From contig NZ_CP066020.1 in NCBI RefSeq assembly GCF_016127575.1, positions 120,001 through 152,000 on the forward strand: DNA of 32,000 nt, written 5' to 3'. The notes under the pieces are model-generated. The model worked only from the letters and a program-made list of their open reading frames with translations. It made no database searches and was not told the origin of the DNA. Shown here in pieces: positions 1-8,493 of the stretch. The DNA is from Cupriavidus necator (lineage in GTDB: Bacteria; Pseudomonadota; Gammaproteobacteria; Burkholderiales; Burkholderiaceae). Numbering within the stretch: position 1 is the stretch's first letter; the number at the start of each line of letters is the position of its first letter. The translations under genes and the position numbers were made by a program.

Positions 1-2
1 GC

Positions 3-371
3 GGCGGGGGTACATACAAGGCGCTGGCGCTGCCCGATGCCTGGCGCATCGATGCGGGCAACACCCTGGATCTGCTGCCGCTGCTCGAGGCGCTGTCCGC
101 CGAAACGAATGCCGCGCGCGGCGCGGCACAGTTCCACGCCACCCTGGTGGCGGCGCTGGAAGCCTGGACCGTCGCGACCGTCCAGGTCACCGGCGTGCGC
201 ACGGTCGTCTTCGGCGGCGGCTGCTTCCTCAACCACATCCTCGCCCGCAACCTGTGCCGGCGCCTGGCGGCGCGGGGACTGACCGTGCTGACAGCGCGCC
301 AGCTGCCGCCCAATGACGGAGGCATTGCCCTCGGTCAGGTCTGGGTGGCGCTGCAGCGGGCGCCCAACTGA
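3..371 (+). CDS. hypF: HypF [NiFe]-hydrogenase maturation carbamoyltransferase, C-terminal end (5' part outside window)
   Basis: The frame is open from the window edge to TGA 369-371. The translation ...AAQFHATLVAALEAW...VRTVVFGGGCFLNHILARNL...QLPPNDGGIALGQ matches the conserved HypF C-terminal domain. A hypC start follows 14 nt later, which is the canonical hypF-hypC order. Confidence 0.8.
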   Translation, partial: GGGTYKALALPDAWRIDAGNTLDLLPLLEALSAETNAARGAAQFHATLVAALEAWTVATVQVTGVRTVVFGGGCFLNHILARNLCRRLAARGLTVLTARQLPPNDGGIALGQVWVALQRAPN

Positions 372-385
372 CGAGAGGGTAGAAC

Positions 386-460
386 ATGTGCCTGGCCATA
401 CCTGCACGCATCGCGAAAAAATTTGACAACGACATGGCCCTCATCGACCTGGGCGGCGTG
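386..460 (+). pseudogene. hypC: hypC hydrogenase assembly chaperone, truncated after codon 25 by IS insertion
   Basis: A GAGAGGG Shine-Dalgarno precedes ATG 386. MCLAIPARIAKKFDNDMALIDLGGV is the hallmark HypC N-terminus (Cys2). Homology stops exactly where the IS inverted repeat begins (461), and the frame then reads IS sequence to a stop. Confidence 0.75.
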
Positions 461-1921
461 GGGAGTGGCCAAAAACGGGGGGCAAATCCGTCAGGAAAGG
501 GGTCTATTGTGTACTGAGACTACCGGAGACCGCCATGCGCATCTCGATCCAAGCCTGTATTGAGCGGGCGGGCGAACAGCCCTCTAAGGTGATTGAAGTT
601 GCGGTGATCGAGCGCAATGCCGATGTCGCTCCGGCCTCAGGACTGGGCCTGTTCATTCGCGAGTCACAAGAGATCCTGCGACAGCTTCAGACTGTGGTCT
701 TGACCGAGCAGGTGGACCAGTTCATCCGGATTACCGGTCGCTGTCAACTGTGCGGAGGCAGGCTTGTCATCAAGGACACAAAATCCTTGGTCTATCGCAC
801 CGCTTTTGGCAAGGCGAGGCTGCGAAGCCCGCGCTTTTACTCTTACTGCAGCGCATGCGGTTACTGCTCAAGTAACAAGGGCACGCTTTCCCCGCTGGCA
901 CAGGCGTTACCAGAACGCGTACATCCCCAGTGGACCTGGCTGCAGTGCCGATATGCAAGCGTGATGTCTTATCGTTTGGCACAGATCTTTCTACGCGACG
1001 CGTTTGCCGGCGGACGGGAACTCCCATGCTCGAGCGTTAAGTTGAATGTAGGCCGGGTCGGGCAGCGGCTGGAGCAAGAGGCGCAACGTGCAACGATGGT
1101 GATGTCGGCTGTGACCGCGCCACCGCGAAGCTCGCCATTAACCGGGACGCCGATTGGTCTGCAGATCGATGCAGGTTATATCAAGACGCCGCGGCAGCAG
1201 GATGGTAAGCGATGGACTCCCGTGGTCGCCTCCAAGCTGATTTGGCCCAAGACTCCTCGTACCCATGCGCATGCCTACGCAGTAGGGCATGACCCTAGCC
1301 AAGGGCTGCGTCAGCAGGCGTTCTTACAGTCTGTTGGCATCGGGCCCCAGGCCCCGGTCACAGTCATCAGTGATGGCGGCGATGATATTAGTTTCGCGTG
1401 CAAGTTGCCATCGGCAACGGCCCGCGTGCTGGACTGGTATCACATTGGCATGCACAAAGCGAAATGGCTGTTGTGGCACGGTGAGTCGAAGCGGTGCTTG
1501 GAGAGGCTGGAGTCGCTGCGACGGGACACAGGTTGGGTTGGCGCTCGCAATCCACTAGGACGCGTGATTCGTTACCTTCGCTGTTGCTCTCGCTATCTCG
1601 CAAACTATCAGCAGCGGCGGGCTCAGGGGCTGCCGATTTCAAGCGCGGGAGCAGAATCGGTGGTCGACTATGTCATTGGCCAGCGCATGAAAAGGAACGG
1701 GCACATGCGATGGACGATTCTTTGAGCACGCGTTCACGCAGCCGGTTCTTCGAGTATGCATCAGTGCCACGCAGACCTCGGAGTGCCATGAGGAGGTTCT
1801 CGAATCGTCCTCGCCGTTGAGAACGGCACATCGAACCTGCAGTAGTCCATTGGCTCCACACATGCCATATGCGGTTGTGGACTGTACGGTATAAACCGCG
1901 CCCCCGCGTTTGGCCACTCCC
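461..1921 (+). mobile_element. IS element (ISKra4-like) bounded by 20-bp imperfect inverted repeats
   Basis: Left end GGGAGTGGCCAAAAACGGGG (461-480). The reverse complement of 1902-1921 is GGGAGTGGCCAAACGCGGGG, so 18/20 positions are identical. There is a single transposase ORF inside. I found no flanking target duplication. Confidence 0.7.
535..1725 (+). CDS. DDE transposase, ISKra4-like; C-terminus possibly truncated or rearranged
   Basis: The N-terminus MRISIQACIE... is followed by a Cys-pair zinc-finger region (CQLCGG...YSYCSACGY) and a C-terminal ...MKRNGHMRWT motif, as I recall for ISKra4-type transposases. The ORF stops 3 codons after MRW, and 196 bp remain before the right IR. Confidence 0.6.
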   Translation: MRISIQACIERAGEQPSKVIEVAVIERNADVAPASGLGLFIRESQEILRQLQTVVLTEQVDQFIRITGRCQLCGGRLVIKDTKSLVYRTAFGKARLRSPRFYSYCSACGYCSSNKGTLSPLAQALPERVHPQWTWLQCRYASVMSYRLAQIFLRDAFAGGRELPCSSVKLNVGRVGQRLEQEAQRATMVMSAVTAPPRSSPLTGTPIGLQIDAGYIKTPRQQDGKRWTPVVASKLIWPKTPRTHAHAYAVGHDPSQGLRQQAFLQSVGIGPQAPVTVISDGGDDISFACKLPSATARVLDWYHIGMHKAKWLLWHGESKRCLERLESLRRDTGWVGARNPLGRVIRYLRCCSRYLANYQQRRAQGLPISSAGAESVVDYVIGQRMKRNGHMRWTIL

Positions 1922-2000
1922 ATTTCGATATTGGCGGAAACTGTGACCGCCATTGGCGGAAATATCGATCTGCAACAGAAAGTTCCGGTTCCTGAAAGGT

Positions 2001-2030
2001 AAAAATCCCACACTCTGGGGAAGTGTGGGG
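2001..2030 (-). terminator. Rho-independent terminator downstream of the small repeat-protein gene
   Basis: The minus strand reads CCCCACAC-TTCCCCAGA-GTGTGGG followed by ATTTTTAC. It sits about 55 nt after the stop at 2084. Confidence 0.6.
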
Positions 2031-2083
2031 TTCGGGGAGGTGAATCAGGTTGGGGGAGGTCTCTGCGCTCGGACTTGCAGCCC

Positions 2084-2302
2084 TTAGAGGGCGGCGCGGT
2101 CGGATGCAATGTAGTACCTGGCGCCGTCCGTATAAGTGTCGAATTTGCCGCTTTTTGCGCCGTCAGTGTAAACATCGTACTTACCAGACCGCGCGCCGTC
2201 AGTGTAAGTATCGAATTTGCCACTCTTGGCAAACACCGGAGCGGCCGCCAGGGTGGCAGCGAGTGTGGTGACAGCGACTAGGGCCCGGCGATTGGTATTC
2301 AT
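2084..2302 (-). CDS. Small secreted protein with three tandem 13-aa repeats (possibly CopQ/CzcJ/MmmQ-type stress peptide)
   Basis: An AAGAGG Shine-Dalgarno lies upstream. The signal peptide is MNTNRRALVAVTTLAATLAAAPVFA. It is followed by SGKFDTYTDGAR / SGKYDVYTDGAK / SGKFDTYTDGAR. A terminator follows the gene. Confidence 0.7.
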   Translation of the reverse strand: MNTNRRALVAVTTLAATLAAAPVFAKSGKFDTYTDGARSGKYDVYTDGAKSGKFDTYTDGARYYIASDRAAL

Positions 2303-2661
2303 GGCTTACCTCTTTCTTTAAACTGGTGAATGCCATTCCCTTTGGTTTAGTGCTTGTTGCACTGCGGCATTCGATGAGCGCCATATTAGGGATTTCCCTT
2401 GTGGCGGTAAACCCTTACGCTCGCAACGATCGGTTTCAAAATCCACAATAGTCTGCCCTGAACCGAAAAAATTCGGGCAGAACGCGACCGACATGTGTGT
2501 TGGGGCCGAGCCCTAGCAATTTGCCTTCGCTATCCTTTAGATCGATCAACAACACGTCGAATCGACCGCACCATCACATGTCGTTGTCCATCCGAGCGCG
2601 CCCGGCCCGAAGGACGAAGCGGGCGCGCGGCACGCGCCCGAGCCAGCGCCCAGGTCCTACG

Positions 2662-3897
2662 TCAGTTGTTGCTGCACCACCCGATCCGATGCCGCTCCTG
2701 CGTGGCCTCATGCCGCGCATCCTCCTCGCTGTGCAGATAACCGCTCGTCGTTGACAGCGAGCTGTGCCCGAAGTTGTCGCGCACAAAACGCAGGTCGACC
2801 TGCTGGTCGGTCATGTGCGAGCCGGCGGTGTGGCGCAGCCAGTGCGCCGAGGCGCTGGCCAGCACCGCTGCTTGTGGTTCCCATTCGGGCCCGCGCGCCC
2901 GCAGGCGCGCGGCCGCCTGGCCGAACACCTCTTTGAGAATCAGGTGCAGCGCGCCGCGCGACAGCGCTTTCTCGCTGCCTGCTTTTCCAATTACCGGCAG
3001 CACCAGTGGACGCGTCTCCCCGAACTGCGGGGTAGGCGGCAACGCGTAGGCGCGGCGGTAGCGCGCCAGTTCGGCAATCAGCTCATCGGTCGCCGGCACC
3101 AGCCGAATCTTGTTGCCTTTGCCGTTCACCTCCAGCCACCAGCGCTCGGTTCCGTGGGAATCGCGTCGGCAGAAGAACGCGCCCATGGTGGTGGCCGTCA
3201 GTTCGGAGGCACGCAGGCCGCCCAGATAGAGCACGGTTAATACCCAGCGGCAGCGCGCCGCGTGCAGGCGTTCCCGCGCCGTCTCGGTCGGCATTGCCGC
3301 GACGGCGTCCTTGACCGTATCCCACAGGTCGTGGCTCAGATAGCGGGTGATGCGCGCCTGAGTGGGCGCGCGGCGGCGGCGGGCGAGGGCGAGCGGGTTG
3401 CCGCCCAGGTAACCCGCCTCGGTCAGCCAGGCGAACAGCGCGTTCAGGATCACCAGCGCCTGGCGCACGCTGCCGGGTGACAGTGGCCCGGCAAACGGGC
3501 GCCAGTCCGGATGGTTGCGTGCGAGTTTCTTGCTACCGGCCAGCACCCAGCGCGCGGCCGGTTGCGGATCGGCAAGGAAGCGCTCGTAGACGAGCAGGTC
3601 TTCATGGGTCAGCGAGGACAAGGGTTTGCCCAACTGGAGCACGGCCCACAGGATTAGCCGTTCAACCTCGCGGCGATAGGTGGCGACCGTCGCCACGCTG
3701 TCGGCATAGCGCGCGAGCCAGGCGGTCACGGCGGCTAGGTCGTCGCCCGCGGCGATTCGCGTGCCGGTGGTGGGCGCGCGGTTGCGGCCGTCGCGCCCGG
3801 ACAGCGCCGACGGCAGCCGCAACTGCTCCAGCGGCGTGGGCAGGGCGGCGAGAGGGCGGGACGCAGGCGGGTAGGGTGGATGTGCGGGTGATTCCAA
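2662..3897 (-). CDS. Tyrosine recombinase / phage-type integrase (start uncertain, only TTG available)
   Basis: The C-terminal catalytic region is ...SAHWLRHTAGSHM...VRDNFGHSSLSTTSGYLH (the R..H-x-x-R..H..Y signature), and a LYLGGLRASEL box supplies the first Arg. The ORF stays open up to the transposon left IR. Confidence 0.85.
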   Translation of the reverse strand: MESPAHPPYPPASRPLAALPTPLEQLRLPSALSGRDGRNRAPTTGTRIAAGDDLAAVTAWLARYADSVATVATYRREVERLILWAVLQLGKPLSSLTHEDLLVYERFLADPQPAARWVLAGSKKLARNHPDWRPFAGPLSPGSVRQALVILNALFAWLTEAGYLGGNPLALARRRRAPTQARITRYLSHDLWDTVKDAVAAMPTETARERLHAARCRWVLTVLYLGGLRASELTATTMGAFFCRRDSHGTERWWLEVNGKGNKIRLVPATDELIAELARYRRAYALPPTPQFGETRPLVLPVIGKAGSEKALSRGALHLILKEVFGQAAARLRARGPEWEPQAAVLASASAHWLRHTAGSHMTDQQVDLRFVRDNFGHSSLSTTSGYLHSEEDARHEATQERHRIGWCSNN

Positions 3898-3903
3898 AAT
3901 CAG

Positions 3904-4038
3904 GCGTTAGTTTGCACAATTTTGTATCCGAGACGTGGCCGTGAAATCGACGCAGCCCGGGCGTGCGAGAACAAATTTACTTCACGAAATTCTGCACCAT
4001 TTTGTTCCCCCGGCGAACATTCGAAGCAATTTTGTATC
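3904..4038 (+). repeat. Left-end array of putative transposase-binding repeats
   Basis: Three direct copies: TGCACAATTTTGTATC (3913-3928), TGCACCATTTTGTTCC (3993-4008) and AAGCAATTTTGTATC (4024-4038). Confidence 0.6.
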
Positions 4039-4168
4039 TTCGCCAACGTTTGTTCCATTCTCGTCGTGCGATTTTTCCCGAAGGTGCCCTAAGGTTTATA
4101 ACCGTCGCCTCTTAGGCGATCGGCCCATTTTGGAGCGTCGCATGGAAGACGGCATTGACGACAATTCC

Positions 4169-5481
4169 GGCTCTTTTGAAAAATGAGTGGGTTATGCGGC
4201 ATGCGGGTTGATCGCGGAGAAGTCGAGCTTTCCGGCGATCAGGAAGATCACGGTGCGCATGGTTTTGAAGCTCACATAACCGCGGGCCTTGCGCTTGGCG
4301 GCTTGGAACAGGCCGTTGAGCGCCTCCAGGAAGCCATTGGTCTGGCGCGTCTGGGTCCATGCAACGATACCGTCGAAATGCTTGCGGATCATGCGCGCGA
4401 CCTCCTTCATTGGCTCGACCTTGGATCGCATGACGTTCGTGCACCACTGCTCGAGCATTGCGGAAACAACGTTGATCTGCTTGCGCTCAAGGATTTCGCG
4501 CAACTGCTCGCGATACAGCCAGGCACGGGCAGTGCGTTTGGTCGTGACGTTGGCGATCAACGCGTCGAGATCGGCACGCTGCGCGGCTGGCAACCCGTCG
4601 CGATCCTTGAGCAGCGTCCAGCGCAGGCCTTTGAGGCTTGGATCGGTCTTCTGTTCGATACGCCGGGTCTTGTCCACGGCTGCAGAAGCGTGAGCCACGA
4701 CATGGAACTTGTCGAAGGTGATGCGCGCGTTGGGCAAATGCTCGCTGACGCCCTTGATGAACGCCGGCGACATGTCGATACTGACCACCCCGATCTGCTC
4801 AGGCGCAGCGTTGTTCTCGCGCAGATGTGCAGCGAACTTGCCAACCGTGGCAGCATCCTTGCCTTCGGTCACAAACACGACCTTACGCGCGTCGGCATCA
4901 GCGACAAGCGTCAGGTAGTTGTGACCGCGCCTGTAGGACGTTTCGTCAACGGCGGCAGCGGTCACGCCGGCCAGATCGAGTTCGGCCACCGCGAGGTCGA
5001 CATAGCGCTCGCAGATAGCGTACACGCGATGCCACGACTCACCCACCGTTCTGGCTACAGCAGAAAACGGCATCTGCTGCGCAAGCGCCACCACCATGGC
5101 TTCAAACAGCAACGTGAAGCCAGAGAGCTTGCCAGCCCAGTCCGGCTCGACCAACACCACGCGGCCGTCGGGAAGCTTCACGCGTGGCGTGCGGACTTCC
5201 AGATAGCAGTCGTGCTCGAAGAAGTTCAGGTGCCGATAGCGTTTGGTCACCGTGTCGTGAACCGGGTGCCCACCGGCGACCTCCGGGTGGGAAAAGCGGC
5301 TGCCGGCGACAAAGTCAATCTGGATCGTCAACGTCTTGGTTTGCGCGTTGAAGTCGACTTCCCGGACGAACCACGGATCGCTTATGCCAAGGGCTGCTTC
5401 AAACAGTTTGCTATGCATCGCTCTTGTTGCTCTTTACCTGAAACCCGCCACGATACCACCCACTTGAAATTCAAAAGAGGC
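4169..5481 (-). mobile_element. ISL3-family insertion sequence with 8-bp target-site duplication
   Basis: Imperfect 24-bp IRs: GGCTCTTTTGAAAAATGAGTGGGT at 4169-4192, and the reverse complement of 5458-5481 is GCCTCTTTTGAATTTCAAGTGGGT. The element is flanked by identical ACAATTCC at 4161-4168 and 5482-5489. Confidence 0.9.
4192..5418 (-). CDS. ISL3 family transposase
   Basis: 408-aa ORF with typical ISL3 features: an N-terminal ...GISDPWFV... motif, VSIDMSPAF, FDKFHV, and a C-terminal TNGFLEALNGLFQAAKRKARGY. Confidence 0.9.
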   Translation of the reverse strand: MHSKLFEAALGISDPWFVREVDFNAQTKTLTIQIDFVAGSRFSHPEVAGGHPVHDTVTKRYRHLNFFEHDCYLEVRTPRVKLPDGRVVLVEPDWAGKLSGFTLLFEAMVVALAQQMPFSAVARTVGESWHRVYAICERYVDLAVAELDLAGVTAAAVDETSYRRGHNYLTLVADADARKVVFVTEGKDAATVGKFAAHLRENNAAPEQIGVVSIDMSPAFIKGVSEHLPNARITFDKFHVVAHASAAVDKTRRIEQKTDPSLKGLRWTLLKDRDGLPAAQRADLDALIANVTTKRTARAWLYREQLREILERKQINVVSAMLEQWCTNVMRSKVEPMKEVARMIRKHFDGIVAWTQTRQTNGFLEALNGLFQAAKRKARGYVSFKTMRTVIFLIAGKLDFSAINPHAA

Positions 5482-5504
5482 ACAATTCCTATTACTCCCG
5501 CCGG

Positions 5505-7508
5505 ATGATAGACGGGCGAACCGTCGACACTGCCCACTGGGCCAGCCCCGACGAGGGAGCGCTTACTGGTGACCGACGCGTCCTGTACCTTGCGAGAAAG
5601 CAGGCGGTTTCGCTGTATCTTTTCGGTGCCTCGGGCGAAAGCATCAGGCGGCTGACGTCAATTGGCGCAAGACAGGCCTATCGTCTCATCCGGGAGCGCT
5701 GCCTTGAGACGCATCCCGACGGGCGTCCTTATGGCTGGCGCGGACTTGTGCCATGGCTCCGAGTCAAGCCATACCGTCGTAGCAGGAAGGTCCATGTCGA
5801 CCCGTTCGGCCGCGGCGCTGCGGGCGCGATGCAGGCGCTGCTGGACTGCCAGCCGGCGCTTCGTCAGGCATTTGAGGCGCGTATCCTCACGAGCGCCTCA
5901 GCCAAGCGGCTAGTCGAAACTAAACAGTCGAGAAGGCGTCATTGCGCGTGGTTTCTGGACCAATTGCGTAGCTTCGGGTACGAAGCGCGAAACGAATGGC
6001 CGTTCAACACATCGAGCCTTGGCTACTCTTCGATCTGTCGGTATATCGACAAGGTGCTGTCGGCCCACCCAAGGGCGCTGGCCGCGGCGAGTGGCGGGCC
6101 GAATTTGGCTTTGAAGCTGAGGTCCGGTGACGGAACCGGGCGGCCGGTGCTGAGGTTCATGCAACGCGTCGAGATGGACGCGCACAAGCTAGACGGACGT
6201 TTCTGCGTGTCGCTTCCCCTCATGGGGGGCGGTTTCAAGGAGAAGATCGTTCATCGTCTCTGGGTCGTTGTGATCCTGGAGGTCGTTTCGCGCGCGGTGC
6301 TAGGGTACTACTTCAGCGTGAGACGGGAAGTATCGAAAGATGACGTCATGCGCGCGCTGAAGCGGGCATTGGGCAGATGGTGCCTGCGCCCGGTCAGTTT
6401 TTGCGATACGCCGTATCTGCCTGAAGCCGGGCTTCTTTCCGCTTTGGGTAGCGATTTCGTCGGGCTATGCTGGGACGAGACCAGCGTAGATGGTGCGCTT
6501 GCCGAGACTTGTCAGCACGTGCGGGATGCGCTGCGCGACAGCGTCGGCTCCACGCTACTGGACCCGAAGACCTCGTTCTCGAAACGTCGAAGCAAGGATG
6601 ACCGCCCGTTCATCGAGTCGTTTTTCCGCAATCTGGCCGGACAGGGATTTCAGCGTCTTTCCAACACCACCGGCGCCAATTTCCAGGACCGCAAGGGAAG
6701 ACAGCCGGAAGAGGTCGCCCTGGCGAGTCGATTCCAGTACGAATATGCGGAAGAGTTGCTGGACGTGCTCATTGCCAACTACAACGCGACACCGCACAGC
6801 GGGATTGGTAACCGCACGCCGCTCGCGTATGCGAAGTTCTTGTACCACCATTCCCAGCAGAGCTTCCGGCGAGCCGACCCCGCTATCGTGGACACGCTAT
6901 TCAGCATCCGCAAGCGCTGCATCGTGCGCGGGGGCGCTAAAAGCGGGCGTGCCCCGTTCGTTGAGTTCCATTACGGCCGTTATACCAACGACGTGCTGCA
7001 TAACCGGCACGACCTTGTCGGATCCGAGATCTGGGTGGTCTGCCACAAGGAGGATGACTGCCGGGTGGCGCTTGCCTCCACGCTGGACGGTATGTCACTC
7101 GGCGTTTTGCGGGCAGCACCGCCTTGGAACATGTCGCCGCACAGCCTGTCGCTACGTGCTGCAATTTGCCAGGCGTGTACTCACGGAAAGTTTGCGATTC
7201 CGGCAGGCGTCGACGCCATCGATGTCTTCATGCGCTACGTGGAGAGTCAGGCGCACAACCGCTTGCCGGTCCATCCGGCCTACCTCGAGGCACGGCGCAT
7301 ACTGGCAGCCGCAGCCGAATCATCAATCGGGCCTTCCATGCTGGATGCAGCAATGGCTCGGACCAAGGCAGGCAGCAGTTCTTCGAACGGTAGCAAGGGG
7401 GCCGCGCCGGAGCCGACGGCAAGACGCGCGCAGTCTGGCGCCTCGGACCCGCTGAAGCCTTCTGCGGGTTCCACGCTGCCTCCGCGTCGAATGGCGCAGT
7501 CGAGGTAA
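5505..7508 (+). CDS. tniA: TniA/TnsB-like DDE (Mu-type, rve) transposase, 5' end severed by the ISL3 insertion
   Basis: 667-aa ORF with an integrase-core region (...VEMDAHKLD..., ...WDETSVDGA..., ...YNATPHSGIGNRTPL...). Removing the IS plus one TSD copy joins it in frame to ATG 4142 (MEDGIDDNS|YYSRRMIDG...), which has a GGAG Shine-Dalgarno. Confidence 0.8.
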   Translation: MIDGRTVDTAHWASPDEGALTGDRRVLYLARKQAVSLYLFGASGESIRRLTSIGARQAYRLIRERCLETHPDGRPYGWRGLVPWLRVKPYRRSRKVHVDPFGRGAAGAMQALLDCQPALRQAFEARILTSASAKRLVETKQSRRRHCAWFLDQLRSFGYEARNEWPFNTSSLGYSSICRYIDKVLSAHPRALAAASGGPNLALKLRSGDGTGRPVLRFMQRVEMDAHKLDGRFCVSLPLMGGGFKEKIVHRLWVVVILEVVSRAVLGYYFSVRREVSKDDVMRALKRALGRWCLRPVSFCDTPYLPEAGLLSALGSDFVGLCWDETSVDGALAETCQHVRDALRDSVGSTLLDPKTSFSKRRSKDDRPFIESFFRNLAGQGFQRLSNTTGANFQDRKGRQPEEVALASRFQYEYAEELLDVLIANYNATPHSGIGNRTPLAYAKFLYHHSQQSFRRADPAIVDTLFSIRKRCIVRGGAKSGRAPFVEFHYGRYTNDVLHNRHDLVGSEIWVVCHKEDDCRVALASTLDGMSLGVLRAAPPWNMSPHSLSLRAAICQACTHGKFAIPAGVDAIDVFMRYVESQAHNRLPVHPAYLEARRILAAAAESSIGPSMLDAAMARTKAGSSSSNGSKGAAPEPTARRAQSGASDPLKPSAGSTLPPRRMAQSR

Positions 7509-7511
7509 GCC

Positions 7512-8492
7512 ATGTCCTTCTCACTACCCGAGCGCATCGATCCGCGGCACTGCATCGTGACGAAGCAGTACGCGGTGTATACACCGCCCATGCACGAAAT
7601 GATCGAGCAAATCGGCGAATGGATCGACCAGCAGCGCCCCGGCGGCTATATCTATGGCGCGTCCCGCCTAGGCAAGTCCCGCTGTGTGCAGTGGTACGTT
7701 GCAAACGAATTGCAGGAGCGCTTCAAGGCCGTCATGCCCCTGGTGGTGTGGAATCGCCGCCCCGACAGTCAGAGTAGTGAAGCGGGATTCTGGCACCAGC
7801 TCCTACTCGCCTCGCGCTTCGAATTCGCCAACCCGGCAAAGCCACCGAAGAAAGCCGAAGGCATATACCTGTGCAAGCAACGCTTCATCGCCATTGCGAA
7901 CAACGCGCAACGGAACTACGTGGTGCTGCTTATCGATGAAGCGCAGGATCTGACGTTGCGGGAGTGGAAATGGCTGGTCGGCCTGCAAAATGAGCTCGAT
8001 TACGAGGGCTATTTACTCAGCGTATTTTCAGTCGGCTCACACCAGTTGAACTATCGCCACGAATATATGGCCATCACGGGCAACGCTCACGTCGCCGCGC
8101 GCTTTATGGCAGCGCATGCGCGCTTCCACGGCCTGCGCTCGCCCGAGGAGATCGGGTACGTGCTCAACGGCTACGATAGCGACTCCGAGTGGCCGCCAAG
8201 CAGCGGCGTTCCGTACCTGGAGCACTTCGCACCGGCGGATTATGCGGCAGGGCGCCGGCTCGCCCAATGCGCGGCGCAGCTGTGGAAAGCGCTGATGGAG
8301 CTTTCGCCCGAATCTGCGCGCCGGCATTTCGAGTTTCCAATGCAGCATGTCGCGAAAGCGACCGAGGCGATACTCTTCCAACTGGCGCGGGGCGAAGACT
8401 GGGCCGACGTGACCTCCTACGAGAGCTGGTTGCGAGAACTCGCCAAAGCGAACTTCCCGGACCACATGAGGATCATCTCGACGGGTGGTTGA
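7512..8492 (+). CDS. tniB: TniB/TnsC-like AAA+ ATPase
   Basis: Walker A GASRLGKS and Walker B VLLIDEAQDL. The gene starts 3 nt after tniA, which is the canonical position. Confidence 0.8.
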   Translation: MSFSLPERIDPRHCIVTKQYAVYTPPMHEMIEQIGEWIDQQRPGGYIYGASRLGKSRCVQWYVANELQERFKAVMPLVVWNRRPDSQSSEAGFWHQLLLASRFEFANPAKPPKKAEGIYLCKQRFIAIANNAQRNYVVLLIDEAQDLTLREWKWLVGLQNELDYEGYLLSVFSVGSHQLNYRHEYMAITGNAHVAARFMAAHARFHGLRSPEEIGYVLNGYDSDSEWPPSSGVPYLEHFAPADYAAGRRLAQCAAQLWKALMELSPESARRHFEFPMQHVAKATEAILFQLARGEDWADVTSYESWLRELAKANFPDHMRIISTGG

Positions 8493-8493
8493 C

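Noticed and set aside
1922-2000. Possible continuation of hypC after the IS (ISILAETVTAIGGNIDLQQKVPVPER*)
   Set aside because: It lacks the conserved HypC core (..GDYVLVHVGFA..), is far too short, and no target duplication links it to the 5' fragment.
1639-2232. 197-aa minus-strand ORF
   Set aside because: It crosses the IS right inverted repeat, the terminator hairpin and the repeat-protein gene in a different frame. Only its GANGLLQVRCAVLNGE segment is of interest, and that is reported separately as a possible inversion.
4183-5508. 441-aa plus-strand ORF
   Set aside because: It is exactly antisense to the well-supported ISL3 transposase and spans the IS boundary. This is a typical high-GC shadow ORF with no recognisable motifs.
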